Source: an uncultured Gemmatimonadales bacterium (GTDB lineage Bacteria > Actinomycetota > Acidimicrobiia > Spongiisociales > UBA5794). From it: 64,000 nucleotides of DNA. The position numbers and the translations under genes are program-made. The stretch lies in contig CAXMRC010000135.1 of assembly GCA_964195945.1 (NCBI GenBank), forward strand, positions 16,518 through 80,517. The letters are read 5' to 3'. The notes under the pieces were generated by a model. It ran no database searches and was not told the DNA's origin. It saw only the letters and a program-made list of their open reading frames with translations. Positions 1-9,984 of the stretch are shown piece by piece (the stretch's first letter is position 1; each line of letters starts with the position of its first letter).

Positions 1-309
1 GGTGGGCCATACCCGAAGTACTCCTGGTACCAACGTCTTGCCGATTTTCGAGGCGGTCACTCCTGGACAGGAGTGGTGCGTTGTGAGGTATCGAGTGCTC
101 TTACCCTCGGCGAGGCGCAAGTCATAGCCAACCGAACCGCTGCGGTTCTGCCGCTCGTCGGATCTGAGCCACACATCGATCCTCGGGCGCCGCAGAATTT
201 GGTTCCGATCGCAGCTCTGGAGCGCGAGTTGCGAAGACGGTTGGGTGACCCGGCTTTCGTCTACCGTGCGCTACGGTCCGCCGTAGCCGCAGCAGCCGTG
301 GAGGCATGA
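1..309 (+). CDS. 3' end of an upstream gene, truncated by the window edge. Possibly a NurA-like nuclease partner of the downstream HerA-like ATPase.
   Basis: Frame 1 is open from nt 1 to the TGA at 307-309. The listed 73-309 ORF is only the part after an internal Met. The stop lies 1 nt before the ATG of the next gene, so the two are coupled. The C-terminal text (..GGPYPKYSWYQRLADF..) weakly resembles the conserved C-terminal motif of NurA-type nucleases. This is inference only. Confidence 0.4.
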   Translation, partial: GGPYPKYSWYQRLADFRGGHSWTGVVRCEVSSALTLGEAQVIANRTAAVLPLVGSEPHIDPRAPQNLVPIAALERELRRRLGDPAFVYRALRSAVAAAAVEA

Positions 310-310
310 C

Positions 311-2071
311 ATGACCGACAATCGATTCGAGGCTTCCGCTGTCGGCGAATCCGGCGATAACGGAGTAGGGAGGGTTCTCGGAACCGAGCACACTTCGACT
401 CGTGAATTCCGTGTCGTCATCGATGAGTCCGAATACTTGCAACTCGATGATTTGGTCGTCGTCCGCACCCAGGTACCGAAGAAGGGTGAGGTCCGAACCT
501 ACGGCATCGTCACCGAAGTCGCCGCCATCTACGAGGGCGCTAGCTATGAGAGCGATACCCACCGCATCGCCGTTGACGGAACGCTTCCAGGGGCCAAGGT
601 TCGATCAGCCGAGATTGCCATCACCAGGGTTGATCCGGAATTGTGGGTCTCACCAGATCCGGGTGGAAAGGTCGAGCGAGCCCGCGGCATCGAGCGGGAC
701 AAAGCGCTCTATGTCGATGAGATGGGTCGTCCGCTTCCCATCGGTCTCGGGCGAGACGGCGAGCCGGTATATGTGGACCTGGACTTCTTCGATGGTCGCA
801 AAGGTGGCCACATGTCGATCTCAGGCATTAGCGGGGTAGCCACCAAGACATCGTTCGCCCTGTTTTTCCTGCGACTGCTCGCAGCCCGCCCCGACGTTCT
901 CGGCGACGGTGCGGCCAATCTGCGCATTCTCGTCTTCAACGTCAAAGGCGAGGATCTACTTTGGCTCGACAAGAACAATCGGTACTTCGATCAGGCCGCC
1001 GCAGACTCATGGCAGCGTCTTGGAGTCGAACCTGGCCCTTTCGCTTCGGTCTCATTCTGGGCACCGCCGCGGCCGCAGAGCGGAGACGTCGTCATTCCCG
1101 ACACCGGAGGAAGACAGGAGGGCGTTGCCGCCTTTACGTGGACGCCGCGTGAATTCATCGAAGACGGATTGCTGCGGTTCCTATTCACCGATGCGACTGA
1201 CAGCCGCAACCAGATCCCTTTCATCGAAGAACGAGTTAGAGCCCAATTGCGACGATTCGCAGTCGATGTGGAGGGCCGCCCCGGTGCGGTGGTACTACGT
1301 GACCCCATCGAGGGCCACGCTCCTGGCAGTCGGGTCACGCCGAATCCTGGCGAGCGGATCATCAGCGATCTGAAGACTCTGGTCCTGGCGGTCGAAGAAT
1401 TTGTTGACCCCGAGGACGGCGAACCAGACCAGAAGTGGACGGGGAGAGTGCAAGCGGGCACCGTGTCTGCTTTCGTGAGACGACTGCACTCTGCGTCGCA
1501 TCGGCTCGGACATCTCGTGCGGGCAGGTGAGAGCCGCCAGATCGACCGGCGTGCCGCACAGGTCACCGTTGTTGCTATTCAGTCGTTGCACGACCTCGGC
1601 CAGCGTTTCGTAGTGGGCGCCCTGCTAGCAGAGACCTTCGCCGAGAAGGAACACACCGGGCAGCGGTTGCCTTTGTCGGTGATCGTCCTCGACGAATTGA
1701 ACAAGTACGCACCGCGCGAGGGCAACAGCCCTCTCAAGGAAATGCTCATCGACATCGCACAGAGAGGCCGATCGCTCGGGGTGCTGTTGGTCGGCGCACA
1801 GCAGACAGCCTCCCGGGTCGCCTCGGAGGTTATGGAGAATGCCGCGATCCGTGTTGCGGGTCGGCTCGACGCCGCCGAAGCAGAACGCTCAGAGTACGGG
1901 TGGATGCTGCCTTCGACACGGGCACGGGCGCGTCTCCTCAAACCGGGAACGATGGTGCTTAGCCAGCCCGCTCTTCCTGTGCCGCTGGTGGTGGAATTCC
2001 CGTTCCCTCCATGGGCCACCCGTAAGGAAGAAGTCGACACCACCGATACAGATCCCTTCTCCGGCCTGTGA
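311..2071 (+). CDS. HerA-like / DUF87 HAS-barrel ATPase (FtsK-HerA superfamily)
   Basis: The N-terminal segment EFRVVIDESEYLQLDDLVVVRTQ is HAS-barrel-like. There is a degenerate P-loop GISGVATKTS and a Walker-B-like VIVLDELNKYAP, followed by ...IAQRGRSLGVLLVGAQQ. The gene sits directly upstream of sbcDC and overlaps it (GTGA). Confidence 0.65.
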   Translation: MTDNRFEASAVGESGDNGVGRVLGTEHTSTREFRVVIDESEYLQLDDLVVVRTQVPKKGEVRTYGIVTEVAAIYEGASYESDTHRIAVDGTLPGAKVRSAEIAITRVDPELWVSPDPGGKVERARGIERDKALYVDEMGRPLPIGLGRDGEPVYVDLDFFDGRKGGHMSISGISGVATKTSFALFFLRLLAARPDVLGDGAANLRILVFNVKGEDLLWLDKNNRYFDQAAADSWQRLGVEPGPFASVSFWAPPRPQSGDVVIPDTGGRQEGVAAFTWTPREFIEDGLLRFLFTDATDSRNQIPFIEERVRAQLRRFAVDVEGRPGAVVLRDPIEGHAPGSRVTPNPGERIISDLKTLVLAVEEFVDPEDGEPDQKWTGRVQAGTVSAFVRRLHSASHRLGHLVRAGESRQIDRRAAQVTVVAIQSLHDLGQRFVVGALLAETFAEKEHTGQRLPLSVIVLDELNKYAPREGNSPLKEMLIDIAQRGRSLGVLLVGAQQTASRVASEVMENAAIRVAGRLDAAEAERSEYGWMLPSTRARARLLKPGTMVLSQPALPVPLVVEFPFPPWATRKEEVDTTDTDPFSGL

Positions 2072-3237
2072 GAGCCCTGCACACGTCGGATTGGCACGTC
2101 GGGAAACGGATCGGCCGTTACGACCGTGCGGAGGAGTACCGCGCTGTCATCAACGAAGTTGCGAACATCGCCGATGCCGAAGAGGTTGACATCGTCCTCC
2201 ACTCGGGGGATCTGTTTGACCGCCCGGTGCCGCCGATCGAAGCCATGGACATTGCTTTCTCAGGGCTGCTTCGGCTGACCGATTCAGGTAGGCGCCCCGT
2301 TGTCGTTATCGCGGGCAATCACGATTCTGGCGGATTCTTTGAGGCTTTGGCCCCGTTCCTGCGGAACCAAAATGTCCATCTCGTGGGTGAAATCAAGCGG
2401 CCAGACGATGGCGGAGTCCTCGACATTGCAACACCTGCGGGTCGCGCCGTGGTGAGCTGCTTCCCGTTTCTCCGTGAGGGGCGCGCTTTCCATGTTTGGG
2501 ATGCAGTCGAGGAGCACTACAAGCAATACGCTGACCGGTTGCGAGCCATCGCGGAGGCATACTCGACATATGCAGGGGAGCTTGCCGGCAACGATGCGGT
2601 GCAGTTCTTGGTCGCTCACTTCTTGGTCGGAGGTGCCAAGGTCCATGGGCATGGCGCTCCGCGCGGCGAACGTGCCCTCCATATGGGAGAGGCCTATGCC
2701 GCAACCAGCGAAGCGATTCCACCCGGCCCACAGTATGTCGCTCTTGGCCATATCCACGCTCCGCAGCCTGTCCCTGGAGCCAAAGTGCCTGCCGAATACG
2801 CCGGGTCACTCTTGGAGCTTGACTTCGGAGAGGCCGGCGAGAAGAAACGGGTCGTGGTCGTTGATGTCGAGCCGGGTAGTCCTGCTTCGATTCGGTCGAT
2901 TCCGCTGGCCGGCGGGAGGCGTTTGGTGAGGGCCAAAGGAGATTGGCAGCAACTGTTGGTTCGCGACGACGTTCGCGACAGCTACCTGGACCTAACGGTT
3001 GACACAGCAGGGCCCGATCCAGGTCTTGTTGATCGGGCTCGCGACGAATTCGACTTCTTGGTTCATGTGCGAGCCGAGTATCCAAGGGCAGAGACCGATA
3101 CTGCAGCCCGATCCGGAAAGACACTAGATGAACTGTACGGGATCTACTACCAGGAGTTAGAGGGTGTGCCGGCACCGCCTGAGTTGCTGGCGGCGTTCCG
3201 TGAGGTGATGGAGGAGGCTGGATATGCGTCCCCTTGA
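2068..3237 (+). CDS. sbcD: DNA repair exonuclease SbcD (Mre11 family metallophosphoesterase)
   Basis: Calcineurin-like phosphoesterase motifs are present: DWHVG, HSGDLFD, IAGNHD and a GHIH-type motif. The GTG start overlaps the upstream stop, and the gene ends with an ATGA overlap into sbcC. Confidence 0.85.
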   Translation: MRALHTSDWHVGKRIGRYDRAEEYRAVINEVANIADAEEVDIVLHSGDLFDRPVPPIEAMDIAFSGLLRLTDSGRRPVVVIAGNHDSGGFFEALAPFLRNQNVHLVGEIKRPDDGGVLDIATPAGRAVVSCFPFLREGRAFHVWDAVEEHYKQYADRLRAIAEAYSTYAGELAGNDAVQFLVAHFLVGGAKVHGHGAPRGERALHMGEAYAATSEAIPPGPQYVALGHIHAPQPVPGAKVPAEYAGSLLELDFGEAGEKKRVVVVDVEPGSPASIRSIPLAGGRRLVRAKGDWQQLLVRDDVRDSYLDLTVDTAGPDPGLVDRARDEFDFLVHVRAEYPRAETDTAARSGKTLDELYGIYYQELEGVPAPPELLAAFREVMEEAGYASP

Positions 3238-5728
3238 GCTAAAGCTGCGTAACTTTCGGTCCTACGCGGGCGAGCACTCGTTTAGTTTTCGGGATCGGAC
3301 CCTGGTGGGCATTGTCGGTCCCATTGGCAGCGGCAAATCGTCAATACTGGACGGGATCGCGTTTGCGTTGTATGGAAGAACTCCGACTATTGGATCGGCC
3401 ACAAAGACCCTGATCAATCAACGGGCCGCAGACATGAGTGTCGTGCTGCGTTTTGTCGTTGAAGACGAGATCTGGGAGGCCGCTCGCTCGGTCCGCGTCA
3501 AGGGGCAGAGCAAGCACGCCCTGTACCGGTACGAAGAAGATTCACCTGATGCCGAACCCATCGAAAAGCTGACAATGGAGGGCGAAGTCAGTGAACGAAT
3601 TGTTGAGCTGCTCGGGCTCGACTTTTCTGCATTCGAAAGGTCGGTCTTGCTGGCGCAAGGGCGGTTCGCCGAGTTCTTGCGGGCACGGCCGTCCGATCGC
3701 GACAAGGTGCTCAAAGGTGTATTCGGTCACGATCGGGTTGACCGGATGAAGAGCATCGCTAAAGAGCGCAAGGATGGCGCGACGCACGCCCTCGACAAGC
3801 TGGTGATTCGACTTGAGAAGGTTGACGAAGTCAAGCAACGTGTCACGGAGAGCCAACAACAACTCCACCAGACTCAGATCCGCATCAAGCAGCTCGACAA
3901 GGCAGCACCAGACCTGGCCCGGTTCGAAGAAGCACAGCAGACCGCTGCCGAGACCGTTCGCAAAGCACAAGAGCGTCTCCAGGCACTCGAGGAGCATGCC
4001 AGCAAGCTCCCGGATCAGAAGGTCACCCGGCGTTCGCTCGCCGACGCCGCTGCCGCGGAGCAGCGAAGGATCGATCTCGGTAAGGCTTTGGACGAGTCAC
4101 AGAACGTTGTGCAGACTGCGGAAAAGGAGCTCAGGGAGGCCAATGACGCTGAGGAGCCCGAGACGATTGCCGGTGCGGTGCGTCTGTTGGCAGCGGCGGA
4201 CCCGCAACTCAAGGCAGTAGTCGATGCTGACCGTCGTATTGCTATGGAGGCGGAGCGTCTTGCTGCCGCCCAGGGAGCAGTCGCCACAGTGGCAAGCCGA
4301 CTGGGCGAAGCGGAACAGGTCAAGGACAAATCCTTGGGACGCGCCGTAGAAGCGGCGATGATCCTCGATGAAGCGGAACGAGCGCTAGAGAGCGCCAGGC
4401 ATGCCGACATGGCCGCGACCCTACGCGCCGAACTCGTCGTCGGTGTTGAGTGTCCGGTGTGCCAACAGCCGATCGTTGACCTCCCGCACGCAGCTGGAGA
4501 AACTCATCTCACAGAACTCGATCGGGTGCTCGAGAGTGCCCGGCGTACGAAGAAAGAAGTTGACGACTCCCGCACCGAGGCGCTGACCACTCTGGAGCGC
4601 ACCAAGGAGCAACTCGAAGCAGCCAAGGAGAGCGTCGCAGCTGCCGAGAATCAGCTGGCGGGGTTACGCGAAGATTCGATCCGAGCTCGCGGTGATCTCG
4701 AAGAGACGACTCTGGTGCTGGAGAAAATCCTTGGCACCGGCGACCCGGAGGAGCATCTGGAAAGCCGTCGCAAAGCCTACGAGTCGCTTGTCATCGATCG
4801 GGACGAGGCGCAGCGCAGAACTGATCAGGTTCGTGGCGAGCATGATCAGTCGATTCGAGATGAACAGTACGCAAGGAAGGCGCTTCAGGACCTTGGTTTG
4901 AGATTGGCTGAGTTGGCGACGCGACTCGACTTCCCGCTCGAAATTGGAGAGGATCCAGATGCGTTGGGCTCTGCGTTCGATGAACTCAGAGATCGCTGGC
5001 AACAAGCCACCACAGAGCTGGGAAGTGAGCGCGCCACGGCAGAAGCAGCGCAAATCGAAACTGAATCTGCTCGCCGCAAGCTGCTGGCCGGACTTGCAAT
5101 AGAAGACGGTTTTGAAGTGGATCGTGCGGTGCTGGCTGACCGATCCCGCAGGTTGGGTGAGGAGATAGCCACGGGTGGCGAGGAGCTGCAGAAGGCCCGC
5201 GAACTGTTCGAGGAGCGAGGCAAGCTCGAGGACGCGATCGAGTTGTACGGTCGGATCAACACCGACCTTACCGATTCTCGCTTCGTTCGATTCCTGCTTG
5301 ACGATGAGCGGGCGAGGCTCGCGGAGCTGGGTAGCGAACATTTTCAGCAGCTCTCCGCCGGTAGGTATCGTTTTGCGGACGACAAGTTTGCGATTGTTGA
5401 CCTGACGGCAGCTGACGTGGTCCGTCGTGCCGATAGCCTCTCCGGCGGCGAAACGTTTCTTGCATCGCTCGGTCTTGCGCTCGCCCTCGCCGAGATGGTT
5501 GCCGGAACCGGCGGCAGACTTGACGCGTTCTTCTTGGACGAGGGATTCGGCACTCTTGATCCGGAACACCTCGATCTGGCGATGGAGGGCATTGAACAGC
5601 TGGTAGCCGATCAGTCGAACCGGCTTGTGGTAGTTGTAAGCCATGTTCCGGAGATGAGGATGCGTCTCGAAGATCTGATCGAATTGGAGCGCAACCCGCT
5701 GACCGGCGACACAAAGGTGATTGCGTAG
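3224..5728 (+). CDS. sbcC: DNA repair ATPase SbcC (Rad50 family, SMC-like)
   Basis: An N-terminal Walker A GPIGSGKSSILD is followed by a long coiled coil. A CPVCQQ zinc hook sits mid-protein. The C-terminus carries an ABC signature LSGGETF and a Walker B FFLDEGFGTLD. Confidence 0.85.
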   Translation: MRPLELKLRNFRSYAGEHSFSFRDRTLVGIVGPIGSGKSSILDGIAFALYGRTPTIGSATKTLINQRAADMSVVLRFVVEDEIWEAARSVRVKGQSKHALYRYEEDSPDAEPIEKLTMEGEVSERIVELLGLDFSAFERSVLLAQGRFAEFLRARPSDRDKVLKGVFGHDRVDRMKSIAKERKDGATHALDKLVIRLEKVDEVKQRVTESQQQLHQTQIRIKQLDKAAPDLARFEEAQQTAAETVRKAQERLQALEEHASKLPDQKVTRRSLADAAAAEQRRIDLGKALDESQNVVQTAEKELREANDAEEPETIAGAVRLLAAADPQLKAVVDADRRIAMEAERLAAAQGAVATVASRLGEAEQVKDKSLGRAVEAAMILDEAERALESARHADMAATLRAELVVGVECPVCQQPIVDLPHAAGETHLTELDRVLESARRTKKEVDDSRTEALTTLERTKEQLEAAKESVAAAENQLAGLREDSIRARGDLEETTLVLEKILGTGDPEEHLESRRKAYESLVIDRDEAQRRTDQVRGEHDQSIRDEQYARKALQDLGLRLAELATRLDFPLEIGEDPDALGSAFDELRDRWQQATTELGSERATAEAAQIETESARRKLLAGLAIEDGFEVDRAVLADRSRRLGEEIATGGEELQKARELFEERGKLEDAIELYGRINTDLTDSRFVRFLLDDERARLAELGSEHFQQLSAGRYRFADDKFAIVDLTAADVVRRADSLSGGETFLASLGLALALAEMVAGTGGRLDAFFLDEGFGTLDPEHLDLAMEGIEQLVADQSNRLVVVVSHVPEMRMRLEDLIELERNPLTGDTKVIA

Positions 5729-5812
5729 GCTGTCTCCGGGCCGGTGCTCACCCGTCGATCGACCCGAGTCGCTCGGGCGAAACCGCTCCGGATCGCACCG
5801 AAAACACCTAAT

Positions 5813-7261
5813 ATGCCGTCGATGCAACGGCGCGACCTCCCAATAATCATCCAGGGCGGCATGGGAGTGGCAGTCTCCGACTGGCGGCTGGCACGTGCTG
5901 TGTCTTGTCTTGGGCAGTTTGGTGTTGTGTCGGGAACCGCCCTTGACGTTGTCCTAGTGCGTCGTCTCCAGGCGGGTGATATCGGCGGCCACATACGCAG
6001 GGCGGCCTCCCACTTCCCGATCCCGGGAGTGATGAAGAGGGTATTCGATAGGTATTTCGTCGCCGGCGGGCGACAGCTCAGGGAGCGTTTCAAGAGCCAT
6101 CCGATGGGTAGGCTCAAGCCATCACGGAACCTCCTTGATCTGCTGGTGCTCTCCAATTTCGTTGAGGTGTTTCTCGCCAAGGAGGGACACGATGGCCTGG
6201 TCGGCATCAATCTGCTGACCAAGGTGCAAGCACCGACTATTCCCTCCCTCTACGGTGCGATGCTGGCCGGTGTGGACGCGGTTTTAATGGGTGCGGGGAT
6301 CCCCAAGGATATCCCCGGTGTCATTGACAAGCTGGCTGCCGGTGAGTCTGCCGAGCTAAAGCTCGACGTCAAGGGAGCCCCGACCGACAAGCCCTTCTGG
6401 TTGCGGTTCGATCCCGCCGAATACTGCGGTGGGGAACCAATGCGACCCAAGCGGCCGAAATTTTTCCCGATCATCTCATCCGCCGTCTTGGCAACGATGC
6501 TGAGTAAAAAGGCGAGCGGGCGTGTCGATGGGTTCATTGTGGAGGGCCCTACGGCCGGGGGACACAACGCTCCGCCCCGTGGCAAGCTCAAACTGACGGG
6601 GGGCGGCGAGCCGTTGTACGGAGACCGCGATGTGGCGGACCTCGAGGCGATTGCTGCAGTTGGTTTGCCTTTTTGGGTGGCTGGCTCGTATGCCGAACCC
6701 GAGCGAGTGGTCGAGGCGCTAGCCGCTGGCGCGGCGGGAGTCCAGGTTGGCACTGCTTTTGCCTATTCCGAGGAATCCGGGTTCTCCGCTGAGATCAAAG
6801 CCGAGGTGCTGGAGAGAAGCCGCACCGGCAACGTAGAGGTGTTCACGGATCCGCTGGCCTCGCCAACCGGTTTCCCTTTCAAGGTCGTTCCGGTGGCCGA
6901 CACCATGTCCGACACCGCGGTCTATGAGAAGCGGACCCGTGTTTGTGATCTTGGGTATCTGAGGACGCCATACCGAATCGATGACGACACAATCGGCTGG
7001 CGGTGCGCTTCGGAGCCGGTGAAGGATTTCGAGCGCAAGGGTGGCGATGTCGAAGACACGGTGGGTCGTAAGTGTGTGTGTAACGCGCTGATGGCGAGCA
7101 TTGACCTCGGCCAGACCCAGAAGAGTGGTGAGCCGGAGTTGCCTCTGGTCACCTCAGGTGATGACGTATCGCGTGTTGCCCGCTTTCTCAAGCCGGGCGC
7201 CGACACGTATTCCGCTGCCGACGTGATCGACTACCTCCTGCGGGATGTTGTTGCCGGCTAG
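5813..7261 (+). CDS. Nitronate monooxygenase / NMO-family FMN-dependent oxidoreductase (2-nitropropane dioxygenase-like)
   Basis: PIIIQGGMGVAVS..LARAVSCLGQFGVVSG is an FMN-binding NMO signature, and later FIVEGPTAGGHNAP fits the same family. The ORF runs from 5744, but the likely start is the internal Met near 5813. Confidence 0.55.
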   Translation: MPSMQRRDLPIIIQGGMGVAVSDWRLARAVSCLGQFGVVSGTALDVVLVRRLQAGDIGGHIRRAASHFPIPGVMKRVFDRYFVAGGRQLRERFKSHPMGRLKPSRNLLDLLVLSNFVEVFLAKEGHDGLVGINLLTKVQAPTIPSLYGAMLAGVDAVLMGAGIPKDIPGVIDKLAAGESAELKLDVKGAPTDKPFWLRFDPAEYCGGEPMRPKRPKFFPIISSAVLATMLSKKASGRVDGFIVEGPTAGGHNAPPRGKLKLTGGGEPLYGDRDVADLEAIAAVGLPFWVAGSYAEPERVVEALAAGAAGVQVGTAFAYSEESGFSAEIKAEVLERSRTGNVEVFTDPLASPTGFPFKVVPVADTMSDTAVYEKRTRVCDLGYLRTPYRIDDDTIGWRCASEPVKDFERKGGDVEDTVGRKCVCNALMASIDLGQTQKSGEPELPLVTSGDDVSRVARFLKPGADTYSAADVIDYLLRDVVAG

Positions 7262-7290
7262 GTCTCTGCCATCCACCTAGAGTCGCGGTT

Positions 7291-8421
7291 GTGGGACCCC
7301 TAAAAGGCATACGTATCGTCGAACTCGCCGGTCTGGGACCAGGACCGTTCTGTGCGATGCTACTTGCCGATCTTGGTGCCGAAGTTATACGTGTCGACCG
7401 CCCCGGAGAATCCAACTTCCATGGTCTAGACCGAGTCATGTGTCGGAACCGGCGGTCGCTTGGTCTGGATCTGAAGCACCCCGCTGCTTGCGATGTTCTG
7501 CTCGATCTCATCGACACCGCTGACGTGGTTATCGAGGGTCTACGTCCCGGGGTTGCTGAACGACTTGGATTTGGCCCCGAGGTGTGCTCGGGACGTAACG
7601 AGAGGCTTGTATACGGACGAGTAACCGGCTGGGGCCAGGATGGACCCCTCCGGGATCGGGCCGGTCACGACATCAACTACATCGCACTCTCCGGTGCTCT
7701 TGACGCCATTGGACCGGCCGGTGCAAATCCTGTCCCACCCTTGAACCTGGTTGGCGACTTTGGCGGCGGCGCCCTGTACCTCGCGATGGGGATCCTGGCT
7801 GCGTTGGTCGAACGCGCAACTTCGGGGAAGGGGCAAGTCATTGATGCGGCGATGGTTGACGGGGCCGCGTCTCTGATGACGATGTTTTATGAGTTCAAGT
7901 CGATGGGGATGTGGGAAGGGGAGCGAGGCGGCAACCTTCTCGACGGGGGCGTACCGTTCTACGGCACGTACGAAACCGCCGACGGTGGGTCCATGGCGGT
8001 TGGGCCATTGGAGCCGAAGTTCTATGCGGATCTTCTTGGTCGGCTTGGCATGGATGACGTCGACCCAGCGTCACAATACGACCCCTCATCTTGGCCCGTC
8101 CTGCGGGCGAGGCTTGAAGCGGTGTTCCTTACGAAAACGCGGGCAGAATGGTCCGACATCTTCGACAATAGTGATGCTTGTGTGTGGCCCGTCCTGTCGA
8201 TGGCGGAGGCTCCGACCCACCCGCACAACATCGACCGAGAGACATTCGTCGCGATCGACGGTGTGGTCCAGCCTGCGCCGGCACCCCGCTTTTCTCGAAC
8301 TATCCCTGGCCGTCCGTCGTCACCGCCGAACCCCGGTCAGGACACCTCAACCATCCTCAGCGAATTGGGTATTGGTACGGAGCGACTCGCCGACCTTCGT
8401 TCATCCGGTGTGGTGTTTTAA
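7291..8421 (+). CDS. mcr: Alpha-methylacyl-CoA racemase (CoA-transferase family III, CaiB/BaiF)
   Basis: The N-terminus MGPLKGIRIVELAGLGPGPFCAMLLADLGAEVIRVDRP closely matches mycobacterial Mcr. The length is ~376 aa. Confidence 0.8.
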   Translation: MGPLKGIRIVELAGLGPGPFCAMLLADLGAEVIRVDRPGESNFHGLDRVMCRNRRSLGLDLKHPAACDVLLDLIDTADVVIEGLRPGVAERLGFGPEVCSGRNERLVYGRVTGWGQDGPLRDRAGHDINYIALSGALDAIGPAGANPVPPLNLVGDFGGGALYLAMGILAALVERATSGKGQVIDAAMVDGAASLMTMFYEFKSMGMWEGERGGNLLDGGVPFYGTYETADGGSMAVGPLEPKFYADLLGRLGMDDVDPASQYDPSSWPVLRARLEAVFLTKTRAEWSDIFDNSDACVWPVLSMAEAPTHPHNIDRETFVAIDGVVQPAPAPRFSRTIPGRPSSPPNPGQDTSTILSELGIGTERLADLRSSGVVF

Positions 8422-8516
8422 AGCGACGGTGAGCCGCCGTTGCGGAGTCGTGCGGCAGCACAGACCTCGATTCGGGGTATGCAGGTATCGGTAGCATGGA
8501 CAACAAGGAGGCGACT

Positions 8517-9914
8517 ATGCCAGGCACGTTGATCAAGGGCGGGACAGTCATCACCGCGACAGAAACCATGCGGTGCGACGTGCTCATTGATGGCGAGAAG
8601 ATTGTTGCTCTACTCAACGACGCAGCCCCACAACCGACTGTTGACTTTGTGATCGATGCGACCGACCGGCTCGTGTTCCCCGGCTCGGTCGATGCCCACA
8701 CTCACATGGAGATTCCCTTTGGTGCAGCGACGTCGAAGGATACCTTTAAGACCGGCACCCAGGCGGCCGCCTGGGGTGGTACGACCACCATCATCGACTT
8801 CCCGATCCAAATGAAGGGCGACTCGCTGCTGGGGAGTTTCGAAGACACGATGGCGAAGGCTTCGGGTAACTCTGCTATTGACTTTGGTTTCCATCAGATT
8901 GTTGGCGACGTCAACCAGCAGTCACTAGCTGAGCTCGACCTTATTTTCAAAGAAGGCATCACCTCGTACAAACTCTTCACCGCATATCCGGGTGTCTACT
9001 ACTCAACAGACGCTGAGGTGGCCCGAGTCATGCAGTGGGCCTCCGGGAACGGCTCGACAGTGCTGATGCACGCCGAGAACGGTTCTGCGATCGACCTGCT
9101 GCGAGAGCAAGCGATAGCGCGCGGCGACACCTCTCCACTTGCTCATGCCGCGACCCGCCCCGCGGCACTTGAGGGCGAGGCCGCACACCGCGTAATCCTC
9201 CTAGCTGAGATGACAGGAGCTCCGGTATACATCGTTCACATCAGCGCCCGGCAGGTTGTCGAAGAGATTGCAGCCGCCCGCAGCCGCGGAACCAACGCAT
9301 TCGGGGAGACCTGTCCGCAATATCTGTTCTTGGAACTGTCGATGCTTGACCAAGGCTTTGAAGGGGCCAAGTTCGTCTGCTCTCCACCCCTGCGCGACCC
9401 TGCCGAGGGTCACCAGGAGGCCTTGTGGCACGGGCTCGCCAACGGCGCTCTTCAGGTCATCGCAACCGACCACTGTCCCTTCGATTTCGAGGGACAGAAG
9501 ACGCTCGGCAGGGACGACTTCACCAAGATCCCCAACGGGCTACCGGTTGTTGAACATCGCTTCCCACTGATGCTTCATGCGGCGCTTGCGGAGAAGCGGT
9601 TTTCGCTGAATCGTATGGTCGAAGTCAGCTCCACTGCTCCGGCCAAGATGTTTGGGCTCTATCCGCAGAAGGGAACTATCGCGGTCGGGTCCGATGCCGA
9701 CATCGTCATCGTTGATCCCGGGGCGAGTGATGTGCTTTCTGTGGAAACGCACCATATGAACGTTGACTACTCATGTTTCGAAGGCATGGAATTGACCGGC
9801 AAAGTTAAGACTGTGTTGTCAAGAGGGACCGTGGTCATCGCCGATGGCCAGTTCAAGGGGAGCAAGAGTCACGGTCGGTACCTTCGGCGTGGTGTCAACC
9901 AATTGCTCTTTTGA
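8517..9914 (+). CDS. Dihydropyrimidinase / D-hydantoinase (cyclic amidohydrolase)
   Basis: KGGTVIT, a metal-binding DAHTHME and KLFTAYPG are present. An AAGGAGG sits 6 nt upstream of the ATG at 8517. The ORF track starts at 8496. Confidence 0.8.
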   Translation: MPGTLIKGGTVITATETMRCDVLIDGEKIVALLNDAAPQPTVDFVIDATDRLVFPGSVDAHTHMEIPFGAATSKDTFKTGTQAAAWGGTTTIIDFPIQMKGDSLLGSFEDTMAKASGNSAIDFGFHQIVGDVNQQSLAELDLIFKEGITSYKLFTAYPGVYYSTDAEVARVMQWASGNGSTVLMHAENGSAIDLLREQAIARGDTSPLAHAATRPAALEGEAAHRVILLAEMTGAPVYIVHISARQVVEEIAAARSRGTNAFGETCPQYLFLELSMLDQGFEGAKFVCSPPLRDPAEGHQEALWHGLANGALQVIATDHCPFDFEGQKTLGRDDFTKIPNGLPVVEHRFPLMLHAALAEKRFSLNRMVEVSSTAPAKMFGLYPQKGTIAVGSDADIVIVDPGASDVLSVETHHMNVDYSCFEGMELTGKVKTVLSRGTVVIADGQFKGSKSHGRYLRRGVNQLLF

Positions 9915-9984
9915 AATCCGTGTTGAATATCAATTTGTCGTGCACCGATTCAAGTATGGGACCCACTTTGGTCGATAGCAGAGG

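Noticed and set aside
4664-6222. Long minus-strand ORFs (387 aa and 203 aa) antisense to sbcC and the NMO gene
   Set aside because: They lie wholly inside stronger motif-bearing plus-strand genes, are low-complexity and R/S-rich, and carry no motifs. These are typical antisense open frames of high-GC DNA. The same applies to many other overlapping ORFs in the track, such as 37561-38250, 47417-47974 and 48191-48949.
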